Shown: in pieces, positions 29,676-38,148 of the stretch
Layout: each line of letters starts with the position of its first letter
Numbering within the stretch: the stretch's first letter is position 1
Translations under genes and position numbers: made by a program
The notes under the pieces: model-generated
Seen by the model: the letters and a program-made list of their open reading frames with translations, nothing else
Told to the model about the DNA's origin: nothing
Databases searched by the model: none
From: a virus
Lineage: Duplodnaviria; Caudoviricetes
Length of the DNA stretch: 64,000 bases
Direction: 5' to 3' (one strand)
IMG/VR virus record: IMGVR_UViG_3300042268_000564

Positions 29676-30433
29676 ATGCAATTTATCATGCTGATTGTTT
29701 TGAGATTTTCCCAAAAATTGAATCTCAATCAGTGCAATTAATCTTGTGCGATTTACCGTATAACACAACTCAATGTTCATGGGATTGCATATTGCCTCTC
29801 GACAAACTCTGGCAAGAATATGAGCGGATTATAAAGCCTAATGGCGCAATTGTGTTAACGGCGGCTCAACCATTCACCAGCGAGCTTGTAATGAGCAATA
29901 AAAAGCTTTTTAAATATGAATGGATTTGGCGCAAAACAAAAGCACAGCATTTTGCTCAGGCACCATATCGTCCCATGACGAACCATGAAAGTGTCTTGGT
30001 ATTTTCCTTTGGCGGCACAGCTAAAAATGCTAATAATCGCATGAAATATAATCCGCAGGGAATTGTAAAATGCAATATTACTTGCAAAGGGAAAAAGGCT
30101 ACGCATTCAGAACACCGCAGTAGGTTAACAGACCAAGATGATTATGTTCAGGAATACACTAATTATCCGAAAACGGTGATTGATTTCGCAAATGAGGGGA
30201 AGACTATTCATCCGACACAGAAACCTCTTTCTTTATTCGAGTATATCATAGAAACATATACTGACGCAGATGACTTGGTTCTTGATAATTGTGCAGGCTC
30301 GTTTACTACTGCTGTCGCCTGCATCAACACTGATAGACGATATATTTGCATAGAGAAAGAGCAAAGATATTTTGAACTTGGCAAAGAGCGGATTGATTCG
30401 CATGTTCGAGAATATGATATGTTTAGTGATTAA
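29672..30433 (+). CDS. DNA methyltransferase, beta class; ends EYDMFSD*
   Basis: LCDLPY, HPTQKP and DNCAGS motifs. Confidence 0.92.
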   Translation: MNAIYHADCFEIFPKIESQSVQLILCDLPYNTTQCSWDCILPLDKLWQEYERIIKPNGAIVLTAAQPFTSELVMSNKKLFKYEWIWRKTKAQHFAQAPYRPMTNHESVLVFSFGGTAKNANNRMKYNPQGIVKCNITCKGKKATHSEHRSRLTDQDDYVQEYTNYPKTVIDFANEGKTIHPTQKPLSLFEYIIETYTDADDLVLDNCAGSFTTAVACINTDRRYICIEKEQRYFELGKERIDSHVREYDMFSD

Positions 30434-31237
30434 ATGACAAAATTCCAATGGACACCAGAGCTGGAAGTAAAAGTCCTTGCCTTGAAAAAGCGAGGTTTAA
30501 CTTTTGCTCAAATAGCGGCTGAAATAGGAACCACAGAGCGTAGTGCAAAACATAAGGTTAGACGCTTAAGACAAGCAATGAATCAAGATAGGTATAAACA
30601 TACTGACGAGAAATTGAAGCAAATACAAATTGCAGGATTAACACCTTGCCGCCGGATTTTGGAAACTCACGCAGGGTTCGGTGGTTTAACAAGACATTAT
30701 GCGCAGGTGGCAGCCACTGTGACAAGCATTGAAATAAAGCAGGAACGAATTGATGAGATAAAAGCTTTGAGCTTGCCTAATGTGGAGCTGATTAAAGGTG
30801 ATTCTGAAGTTGAGATTTATCGTCTGTTGCACGAACGTAGGGTTTTTGATGTGATAGATGTTGACCCTTATGGTTTGCCAAGTCGATATTTCCCTCATAT
30901 TTTTGGGTTGATTGATGACGGTATATTGTTCTTAACATTCCCTGTAATGGGTGTTGCGCAGATTAATAAGATGACGATAGCTCATTATCGTGTTTTCTGG
31001 GGGATAGAATTATCTGACAAAGATGTTTATCTGGATAAAATAAAGGCAAGGCTTGCAGAATATGCGTTTATGCACAAACGGCAAATAGAAATTCTTGATG
31101 AGAAGCGAATCAATAGAATCTACAGGCTGGCTATTCAGGTAAAGAAAACATCATTGCTCGACATGCTTGGGCTTAAGGTGAATCGGAATAAAAAGATTGT
31201 TACAAAACAATATGAAGAAATGGACATGTTTGACTAA
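30434..31237 (+). CDS. HTH-fused class I SAM-dependent methyltransferase with Trm1-like motif; ends EEMDMFD*
   Basis: WT.E...GLTFAQIAAEIGTT (HTH); LETHAGFG; FDVIDVDPYG. Confidence 0.8.
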   Translation: MTKFQWTPELEVKVLALKKRGLTFAQIAAEIGTTERSAKHKVRRLRQAMNQDRYKHTDEKLKQIQIAGLTPCRRILETHAGFGGLTRHYAQVAATVTSIEIKQERIDEIKALSLPNVELIKGDSEVEIYRLLHERRVFDVIDVDPYGLPSRYFPHIFGLIDDGILFLTFPVMGVAQINKMTIAHYRVFWGIELSDKDVYLDKIKARLAEYAFMHKRQIEILDEKRINRIYRLAIQVKKTSLLDMLGLKVNRNKKIVTKQYEEMDMFD

Positions 31238-31743
31238 TGGGAATAGGTAAAAACAACGACTTTACGAGTAAAAAAGTGGAATACAGCACGCCTCTAAGCT
31301 TGTTCGTCCCTTTGAAAGATGAATTTGATATTACGGTAGACGTGTGCGCTGATGAAACTAATTTTAAGTGTGAGACATATTTTAGTGTCGATGACGATGC
31401 TTTAAGGCAGGATTGGACAGGGAACTGCTGGATGAACCCCCCGTTTACAAAAGATTTGAATAAATGGGTACGTAAAGCAAGAAACGATGCGAATGAATTT
31501 GGCGGGACAAAGGTTTGTCTTGTTCCAGTCAGGTCGAACACAAAGTGGTGGGGTGAGGTAATTGAAGACGCGGAAGTTAGATTTATTATTGGCGAGGTAA
31601 ATTTTAATGATGAGCCTAGAGGACTGTGGTTGCCAATGTGTATATTGATTTTCGGCGAAAAGGCAAAAGCGGGAAAGTTTTCTACCATTTATTATAAAAA
31701 AAACACGCAAGTTAAAAATAATGAAATGGACATGTTTGATTAA
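31237..31743 (+). CDS. phage Dam-type N6-adenine DNA methyltransferase; ends NEMDMFD*
   Basis: YSTP..F, VDVCA, DAL.QDW, CWMNPPF, LVP.R..TKWW. Confidence 0.88.
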   Translation: MGIGKNNDFTSKKVEYSTPLSLFVPLKDEFDITVDVCADETNFKCETYFSVDDDALRQDWTGNCWMNPPFTKDLNKWVRKARNDANEFGGTKVCLVPVRSNTKWWGEVIEDAEVRFIIGEVNFNDEPRGLWLPMCILIFGEKAKAGKFSTIYYKKNTQVKNNEMDMFD

Positions 31744-32720
31744 TGGCAGGGATAGAAGACCGTATAACAAACTATGATGGTCAGCATTGCTGGCAATATG
31801 ACATTCGATTGCGGAACCGTGACGAAGACATTGCCGAGTCTGGCTTGTCGCTTGACGAGATAGCAGCTTTAAGGTGTTCAGATTTTACTTTGCAACAAGA
31901 ACCAAAAGAACAGAGCCATCACGAGATAAAACGATTCATTGAACGACACGAATGGCTTGGCACGATGCCACTTTATGCAACCCACTATTTTACGGCAAGA
32001 TACAAAAACATCCTTGCAGGCGTGGTAATTATGGGTTTGCCCGGTAATTTTTCTAAGTTGCTTGGCAAGAAGTCTGAAGACCTTGAGCGTTTAATTAGTC
32101 GAGGTGCTTGTGTTTCGTGGTCGCCAAAGAACCTTGCGAGTAATTTGATTTCGTTTGCGATGAATTGGATGGTTCAGAATACAGAGTTTCGATTATTCAC
32201 TGCATATAGCGATACTGAAGCAAAAGAACTGGGAACAATCTACCAAGCATGTAATTTTTATTACTTGGGCAAGATTGCTGGTGCTACTTGGCAATATAAG
32301 TTGCCTGATGGAAAGCTAGTCTCTGACAGGCACTTTCGTAGTAGAAGTGTTTACAAAAGGCTCGCAAAAGCTGCTGGAATCTTTTGGGAAGCAAGTTGGC
32401 AGACCAGAGATACGGTACATCTGGATAGGATGCCTGACGAGGTTGCTTTTATTCTAAGGCAGATGTCGAAAGATTATCAAAATTCCTGCGAACGTAGGAA
32501 AATATCGGCAAAACATAAATATGCCTATGTTTTGGGTAGAGACAAGCGAGAAACAAAAGCTTTACGGCGTGAATTTGAATCAAGAAACAAAACATTTCCT
32601 TATCCAAAAGATAGATTGTCGCATGTTGAGGAACAAGTAGAATTTGAGGCACCTCTTGAGAATAAACTGGACGATGTTTTATTAAAGCCTGCCTATACAG
32701 AAGTTGACATGTTTGAATAA
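31743..32720 (+). CDS. Mom-like (GNAT) DNA modification protein; ends TEVDMFE*
   Basis: IERHEWLG, LISRG, PKNLAS.LIS, AYSD...GTIYQACNFYYLG, KHKYAY. Confidence 0.75.
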   Translation: MAGIEDRITNYDGQHCWQYDIRLRNRDEDIAESGLSLDEIAALRCSDFTLQQEPKEQSHHEIKRFIERHEWLGTMPLYATHYFTARYKNILAGVVIMGLPGNFSKLLGKKSEDLERLISRGACVSWSPKNLASNLISFAMNWMVQNTEFRLFTAYSDTEAKELGTIYQACNFYYLGKIAGATWQYKLPDGKLVSDRHFRSRSVYKRLAKAAGIFWEASWQTRDTVHLDRMPDEVAFILRQMSKDYQNSCERRKISAKHKYAYVLGRDKRETKALRREFESRNKTFPYPKDRLSHVEEQVEFEAPLENKLDDVLLKPAYTEVDMFE

Positions 32721-32843
32721 AAAAATAAAAAAAGTGTTGACATGGAATAAGGTTAATGGTAATATTAATTTGTTGCCACTCACACATGCGAGTGGATGGT
32801 AATTAAGCTGATTAAGCACACGTAGGAATACGAGTTCTTTGAC

Positions 32844-33648
32844 AAATGAATAGGTTAAAATCGAAAAAGCTCTGAAGCTGTAGATGAGTAAAATCATTGA
32901 CCCAACGCAATACGGGGAACGGAGAAAACACTCCGAATAGGCTTTCAAGGTGATTAGCGTCACCCCGACACCTATTACAGTTTTCAAGAGAAAAGAAAGC
33001 ATGACGCTGGCATGTGTTAGATTACGTGCGAATCGTAACTTCTCCTTGCCTCTGATTAAAAATCAGGAAGCACTCTTGCAATCGCCTTGCCTTTTTTCGG
33101 AAAGAAAAACGCAAAGCACTGGCTTGCCAGTGTGGAGTAGATTGATATTTGCTCAACTTTTTATAGGCAAAGTTGCCTTTCCTATGAAAATGAGATTCAA
33201 AGATAATGTGATATGCAGATATTTGCGGGTGAAGATGTAAGATGTGGTAGTGTTAAAAACATCCTTAAGCAAGATGCCATAACACTTTCATGTGAGTATT
33301 GGGGTTTCACAGACATTAGGACGCTCTGCGACCCGATGGATTTTGCTCTCGAAAGAGAGATTGCTGGCAATAGCAATAAACTATCACTGGTTTCTAAACG
33401 CATAAATCTTATTTACTAACATTAATGAGATTGTGATTCTGTGGACATGCTGCGACGAACAGCCCTACAAAGGAAGTAGGTTAAAAAGAGAACGAAGCGG
33501 ACTTGCAAGTTAATCCTGCTTGCAAAACAAGCTCTTTATGTGATTGTGATACTATCATAATAGAGTCAAAGTCTGAGCCTCATTCGTAAAATTTCGATTT
33601 GCATTAAATTGCAAAATGCAAGTATACCCGACTGCTACCTATTCATTT
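32844..33648 (+). ncRNA. large (~805 nt) ornate structured ncRNA, GOLLD/ROOL-like class, identity unverified
   Basis: 12-bp closing helix AAATGAATAGGT/ACCTATTCATTT; many hairpins with GAAA, GCAA and CUUG loops; boxA-like GTTCTTTGACAA at 32834; terminator after; no credible ORF. Confidence 0.8.
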
Positions 33649-33657
33649 CAGCCTATT

Positions 33658-33697
33658 AAAAGCCTGAAGCTCACACCTTCAGGCTTTTATTTTTTTT
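33658..33697 (+). terminator. rho-independent terminator closing the ncRNA
   Basis: AAAAGCCTGAAG-ctcacac-CTTCAGGCTTTT followed by a T run. Confidence 0.85.
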
Positions 33698-33788
33698 AGC
33701 TTTTTTGTGTCTATCTCGTATTGCGATATGCGATATCGCAGTTGTAGGGCTGATATACGCAATTTGCGAATAGCGAATAAAATTTTAT

Positions 33789-33816
33789 TTGACAATGTTA
33801 TGGCTCTGTTTATAAT
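33789..33816 (+). promoter_or_regulatory. sigma70-type promoter, 16-bp spacer
   Basis: TTGACA-N16-TATAAT. Confidence 0.8.
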
Positions 33817-33847
33817 AAAAACAAGATAGGATAAAAGGAGCCAAGCG

Positions 33848-34144
33848 ATGAAAGTTTTGCTGGTTAAACCGAATAAAGAGCCTGAAGTGGTAGAGATTGA
33901 GAACAGCCTTGAAGCCATGCAGCAGGTAGTAGGTGGCTTTATTGAAGTTACTTATCCTGATGGCAATGCAGGGGTTCTTATTTGCAACGAGGAAGGTAAG
34001 CTTAGAGGGTTGCCATTCAATCGAGATATAGGGCATGACATTATTGTTGGGGACTTCTTTATTTGCTCAAGTGATATGCAGGGGAATTTCATTTCTTTGC
34101 CTGATAAGTGGATTGAATACTACAAAAAGATGTTTGCATTGTAA
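33848..34144 (+). CDS. DUF3846-like protein
   Basis: LEAMQQVVGGFIE...ICNEEGKLRGLPFNR...IVGDFFI. Confidence 0.8.
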   Translation: MKVLLVKPNKEPEVVEIENSLEAMQQVVGGFIEVTYPDGNAGVLICNEEGKLRGLPFNRDIGHDIIVGDFFICSSDMQGNFISLPDKWIEYYKKMFAL

Positions 34145-34163
34145 GGAAGGATTAATAGAGAGT

Positions 34164-34583
34164 ATGAATAAAAAAATGGCTATGGGGTTGGCTGTAATAG
34201 GGGTTGTGGCTGTATTTTTGCCGTGGATAACAGCGATGGGAAAAACTCTTAGTGGGCTTGACTGCGATTATGGTTGGGTAACAGTAATTTTGTTTGGATT
34301 GATATTTTACACATGTCTCGAAAAAGACGGTGATTCTGCTACAAAATTGTTATTTGGTGTGGGCTTCCCCGCAGGTGGGATTGCATTATATTGCCTATGG
34401 ACGTTTTTTTCTATAAGACAAGAGTTGGCTTCGGTTGCCAACGAGAATCTTTTAATAAAAATGGTGTCAGCAACTGTCTCGATAGACTATGGTTTATATT
34501 TAACTATTGGTGCAAGTTTGGCAATCATCATAATCTTTATTTTGAAAGGCTCATTTAAAGATGCCGAAAGCAAGAAACTTTAA
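34164..34583 (+). CDS. four-TM membrane protein
   Basis: FLPW...G and YGLYL motifs; hydrophobic segments. Confidence 0.7.
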   Translation: MNKKMAMGLAVIGVVAVFLPWITAMGKTLSGLDCDYGWVTVILFGLIFYTCLEKDGDSATKLLFGVGFPAGGIALYCLWTFFSIRQELASVANENLLIKMVSATVSIDYGLYLTIGASLAIIIIFILKGSFKDAESKKL

Positions 34584-34605
34584 AAGACCTACAGGACGTC
34601 TTAAG

Positions 34606-34971
34606 ATGCACGTCTTTCTTTTCACCTTGACCATGCCGAAGGTTGGCTCTTGGAATGGAAAATGGACTGGCGCAGAGAAGAATTACACTGAAATACGGCG
34701 TGTCCGTAATGATGATAAAGATTTTGCAAAATGCAAGCAGCTTGTCGCTCAAAAGAACCATCAATACGACTTTGGCGACGGATGGGTAATGAATATTGAG
34801 GTCAAAGAAATTTACTTTAATCAGCTCAAAAAAGCTCTGAGAGAATCAGATGGATTTTGCGGCTATAGTTGGGCAGTAGACAGCCTTATTAAGCGTGGCT
34901 ATATAATAAGTGATAGAGACCTTGAAATTCAAAAAGAAAATGAAATTGCTGCCGTAATGACAACAATGTAA
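34606..34971 (+). CDS. hypothetical phage protein
   Basis: MP.VGSWNGKWTG...FGDGW...GFCGYSW. Confidence 0.65.
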   Translation: MHVFLFTLTMPKVGSWNGKWTGAEKNYTEIRRVRNDDKDFAKCKQLVAQKNHQYDFGDGWVMNIEVKEIYFNQLKKALRESDGFCGYSWAVDSLIKRGYIISDRDLEIQKENEIAAVMTTM

Positions 34972-35136
34972 GGAATGCGATATGTGGATTAAAGTGAAAG
35001 ATAAGAATCTTTATAATCAATGGATTGATTTTCTTTGCAAGAAATACGGATGTAAAGAGAACGCCACAATAAGGACAGAAGCCTTTTTTAAAACTCAAAA
35101 GCTCGAAAAACCGATAGTTTTTATCTGAGGTAAAAC

Positions 35137-35724
35137 ATGGGGATTATCCAGAAAATTGATTGCTACTTTGGCTGGCATAAGCCTGTCGTTATAAAAACAG
35201 TTTCCTACTTGGAATACATGTATCTGGCTATTGGCGACCATATTAAAGACATGACAACGATTGACCTTGTTACCTTGATGGACGGTTTGTTTTACAGGCT
35301 TAGAGAGGTATATGGAAATGAGGTTATGGAAACTAGATTTATAGCCTTGCATGATGGCTCAATGGAGACTCTGTTTGACGAGAATGAAGCTATGCAAAAG
35401 CATATAGAGTTCTTTCGTAACATCGCAGAAGAGCACTCTGTTAAGCAAAAAAGATTACTGGAAATAAGAAAAATTTCCGGCTATATTCCTTTGGAGACTC
35501 AAAGAGAACGAGATGAGCTTGATGAAAGAGTAGAAGAGATACGGTTATTTCTTTATTGTCCAAAGCTCGGCTTTAAAGTTCGATTTTGTCCTGACTGTAA
35601 AAAAACATTCGATGTTCGAGACGACCTTGGGAAAATACTGCCAGAATTAGTCAGTTCATTGAAACGGATTCAGATGAATGAAAAAACTGGCGTATTTTTG
35701 TTGCCGAATAAAGGAGTGGAGTAA
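35137..35724 (+). CDS. hypothetical protein
   Basis: GAGGT SD; C-x-FGWH N-terminus and CPDC. Confidence 0.6.
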   Translation: MGIIQKIDCYFGWHKPVVIKTVSYLEYMYLAIGDHIKDMTTIDLVTLMDGLFYRLREVYGNEVMETRFIALHDGSMETLFDENEAMQKHIEFFRNIAEEHSVKQKRLLEIRKISGYIPLETQRERDELDERVEEIRLFLYCPKLGFKVRFCPDCKKTFDVRDDLGKILPELVSSLKRIQMNEKTGVFLLPNKGVE

Positions 35725-36350
35725 TGGCTAAGGAAGGCTGGAAATGGATAATTAACTCGACAAGGGAACATTACTTTGTTGAAGGACGTTCTCTTTGTAA
35801 AAGATGGCTCTCGCTGAGTGGCGGTGGTTTCGATACAACCATAGGCAATAAACCATGTAAAACATGTGAAAAAGCTCTGGCAAAAAGAACAGAAAAAGCC
35901 CTATTAAAAAAAGCTGATTTTGAGATTCAGCTTGTGAAAGGAAAACTATGATTGAGGGCATTCACAAGTTAAAGAATGGACGGCAGTACAAGGTGCTGAA
36001 ATGCGACACTGAATATGCCACAAATCCCGAAGGCGACTATGCCACAGGTGGTTATCATATAACATCATGGGAACCGTCATTCGACAATGATAAGGGTGGC
36101 AAAGGCTTGTGGGTTTATATAAGTAATGCGCCAGATAAAGCCAGTGTAGAGGCTTTTTTAAAAGCGGCTGAAAGGCTTGCGCCTCTCAATCGTTAAACAT
36201 CTGTTGCATCTTTTGCAAAACTCGGTTGGATTATAAAAATAGTATCGCCGTCACCTTTGTTATTTTCCATAATGATAATGCGTGGTTTCATTTCACCTCG
36301 TCGTCCAGCCTCATAAAATTCATCACAAAGTCGCTGAATATCTTTTTTAT

Positions 36351-36716
36351 TCATATCGTGTCAAGAGCTTTTACGATAAAGCTTTTAAGTCTGTCGATAT
36401 CGGCTATGGTAATCGGCTGGAATGGATGTGCCTTAATGTGACCGCAACCTGCACGTTTGAATAATTCACAAGTATCTTTATTGGTTAAACCAAGTGCCTT
36501 GCTTGCTGCGTGCAAATTGGCATGGATAATTTTTTTTGTTGTAACAGGTTGACTCGTTACATTTGACATGGCTACTCTTACTGCTTCTATAGCCTTGTCT
36601 GGCACGCAGGAGAAGTGATGTGCCTTTGTTGGATATCCCATGTCGGTAAGTTTATTTGCCATTTCTCGAAGTGTCATGTCGTATTTTCTGGCAATCTCAT
36701 GCAAGCGTTGTCCCAT
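36351..36716 (-). CDS. stand-alone protein with two IF2 N-terminal-domain-like repeats
   Basis: QRLHEIARKYDMTLREMANKLTDMG...AHHFSCV and NLHAASKALGLTNKDTCELFKRAG...AHPFQPI resemble the IF2_N pattern RVyELAkelg.s.kell..L..lG...k.h.s.l. Confidence 0.6.
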   Translation of the reverse strand: MGQRLHEIARKYDMTLREMANKLTDMGYPTKAHHFSCVPDKAIEAVRVAMSNVTSQPVTTKKIIHANLHAASKALGLTNKDTCELFKRAGCGHIKAHPFQPITIADIDRLKSFIVKALDTI

Positions 36717-36747
36717 TGTGATACTCCTAAAGTTTAGATACCACTAA

Positions 36748-37251
36748 TTATAACGCTTGCGAGCGAAAGGTCAAATATTTTTGTGGGTTCATGAATTTTT
36801 CTTTTAACAAAATTTCAAAATGTAGATGATTGCCCGTTGACCGCCCTGTGCTTCCCACTAATGCTATTGTATCGCCTTGTTTGACTATGGCGTTCTTTTT
36901 CACGAGGATTTTGGAACAATGTGCATATCTGCTGGTATATTTCTCATGCTGGACAACTACAAGTTTGCCGTAGCCGCCAGCATAGCCTGCAAAAGTTACT
37001 TTGCCTGCCTTAGTTGCCGTGATTGGTGAGCCTTTAATCGCAGCGATGTCTATGCCGGTATGAAACCCTTTGTTGCGTCGTCCGAAAAGTGATGTGAGCC
37101 GTCCATGTGCTGGTTCTATAAAAGAGGTTATCTGCTTCGTTATAAGGACAGGCTTAACTCCCACCTTGAAACTCGGCAAGGCGTTTGGCTTGATTCTGGT
37201 TGGCAGGACAAGGAAAAGTGCTGTTAGACATATTTGTTTCCACATATTCAA
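36748..37251 (-). CDS. M23 family peptidase
   Basis: HTGIDI, GYG..V...H, YAH, GSTGRSTGNHLHFE. Confidence 0.93.
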   Translation of the reverse strand: MNMWKQICLTALFLVLPTRIKPNALPSFKVGVKPVLITKQITSFIEPAHGRLTSLFGRRNKGFHTGIDIAAIKGSPITATKAGKVTFAGYAGGYGKLVVVQHEKYTSRYAHCSKILVKKNAIVKQGDTIALVGSTGRSTGNHLHFEILLKEKFMNPQKYLTFRSQAL

Positions 37252-37268
37252 TATTTTACCCAGACAAG

Positions 37269-37294
37269 GAAGGGCACGATTTCTCGTGCCCTTC
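37269..37294 (-). terminator. hairpin/terminator after hsp20
   Basis: GAAGGGCACGA-tttc-TCGTGCCCTTC. Confidence 0.65.
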
Positions 37295-37299
37295 TGTGA

Positions 37300-37647
37300 T
37301 TAGCTGATACTGATAGGAATTTGTTTCAGGTTGCTTTTATGTTTTTTCGGAAGCGTGACTGTTAGCATTCCATTTTTATAATTTGCATCAATATTATCAG
37401 TATCGACATCTGTTGTCACTTTGAATTGTTCTTTAATTTTGCCATGTAATTGCTTGTTAAGCGTGCTGCTGCGTTCGGCATTAATAGTCAGGATATTTTT
37501 ATCGAATTGCAGGTTAAGAGACTCTGTATCGAGACCGGGCAATGGCAATTCAAGAGTGATATTGTCATCATCTGATGTGGTGTATGAATCTGATACCTGC
37601 CAGAAATTAGAGTTAAAACCATTTTTGAGTAAATCCAGTGCGAACAT
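37300..37647 (-). CDS. Hsp20/alpha-crystallin small heat-shock protein
   Basis: LPG...LTI.AER...IDANYKNGMLTVTLPK. Confidence 0.9.
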   Translation of the reverse strand: MFALDLLKNGFNSNFWQVSDSYTTSDDDNITLELPLPGLDTESLNLQFDKNILTINAERSSTLNKQLHGKIKEQFKVTTDVDTDNIDANYKNGMLTVTLPKKHKSNLKQIPISIS

Positions 37648-37688
37648 TTTAAGTTCCTCCTTGTTAAATGTATGATGTGATAAGATAT

Positions 37689-37704
37689 TGCAAGGTTTGT
37701 GCCA
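37689..37704 (-). promoter_or_regulatory. sigma54 (-24/-12) promoter for hsp20
   Basis: Minus strand TGGCAC-AAACC-TTGCA, a perfect RpoN consensus about 40 nt upstream of the ATG. Confidence 0.75.
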
Positions 37705-37755
37705 ACTTAAAAACGCGCATAAATACAGGAAGATGAAAAAAATGCGACGTAGTAT

Positions 37756-37783
37756 TTGACAAGCGCGACGTAGCTTTTATAAT
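37756..37783 (+). promoter_or_regulatory. promoter, 16-bp spacer, with GCGACGTAG direct repeat around -35
   Basis: TTGACA-N16-TATAAT; GCGACGTAG occurs just before the -35 and again in the spacer. Confidence 0.75.
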
Positions 37784-37833
37784 AAAACTATGCCAGTGGC
37801 AAAGCAGAGAAAAGTTTTATAGGAGGACAAGTA

Positions 37834-38148
37834 ATGATAGTGAATGAATATGTGGACTTTGACGGGCTGTGGAATGAACTGGTTAAACAGAATAAAGAAG
37901 TAATTGAAACTCTTGCGAATGACGACGATAAAACAGATGAAAAGACTATTCATGTGAACATCCAAAGATTCCTTAAAGACCCGCTGCCTTTAATTAAAAC
38001 GGACTGTGACCTTACCGACAAAGAAGTAATCTTTACATTTGGTGAATCATGGGGGCAAAACGAAAGTGACTCTGTCGGTGATTTCGTGAATGTTACTATT
38101 GTTTACTCTCGACAGTATGGCTCTTTCGTGGGCTATGATAATGCATGA
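37834..38148 (+). CDS. hypothetical protein
   Basis: AGGAGG SD. Confidence 0.6.
   Translation: MIVNEYVDFDGLWNELVKQNKEVIETLANDDDKTDEKTIHVNIQRFLKDPLPLIKTDCDLTDKEVIFTFGESWGQNESDSVGDFVNVTIVYSRQYGSFVGYDNA

Noticed and set aside
24915-31743. DMF[DE] tail as a pure Shine-Dalgarno/overlap artefact
   Set aside because: GAGG/GGA codons may double as SDs, but the tail persists where no gene follows (2924, 32720) and uses varied synonymous codons.
1607-32720. Restriction-modification systems
   Set aside because: No cognate restriction endonuclease is recognisable next to any MTase; they look like orphans.
32682-33419. ORFs 32682-33002(-), 32950-33240, 33197-33403(-), 33213-33419
   Set aside because: No SD or recognisable motifs, and they overlap a densely base-paired region better explained as ncRNA.
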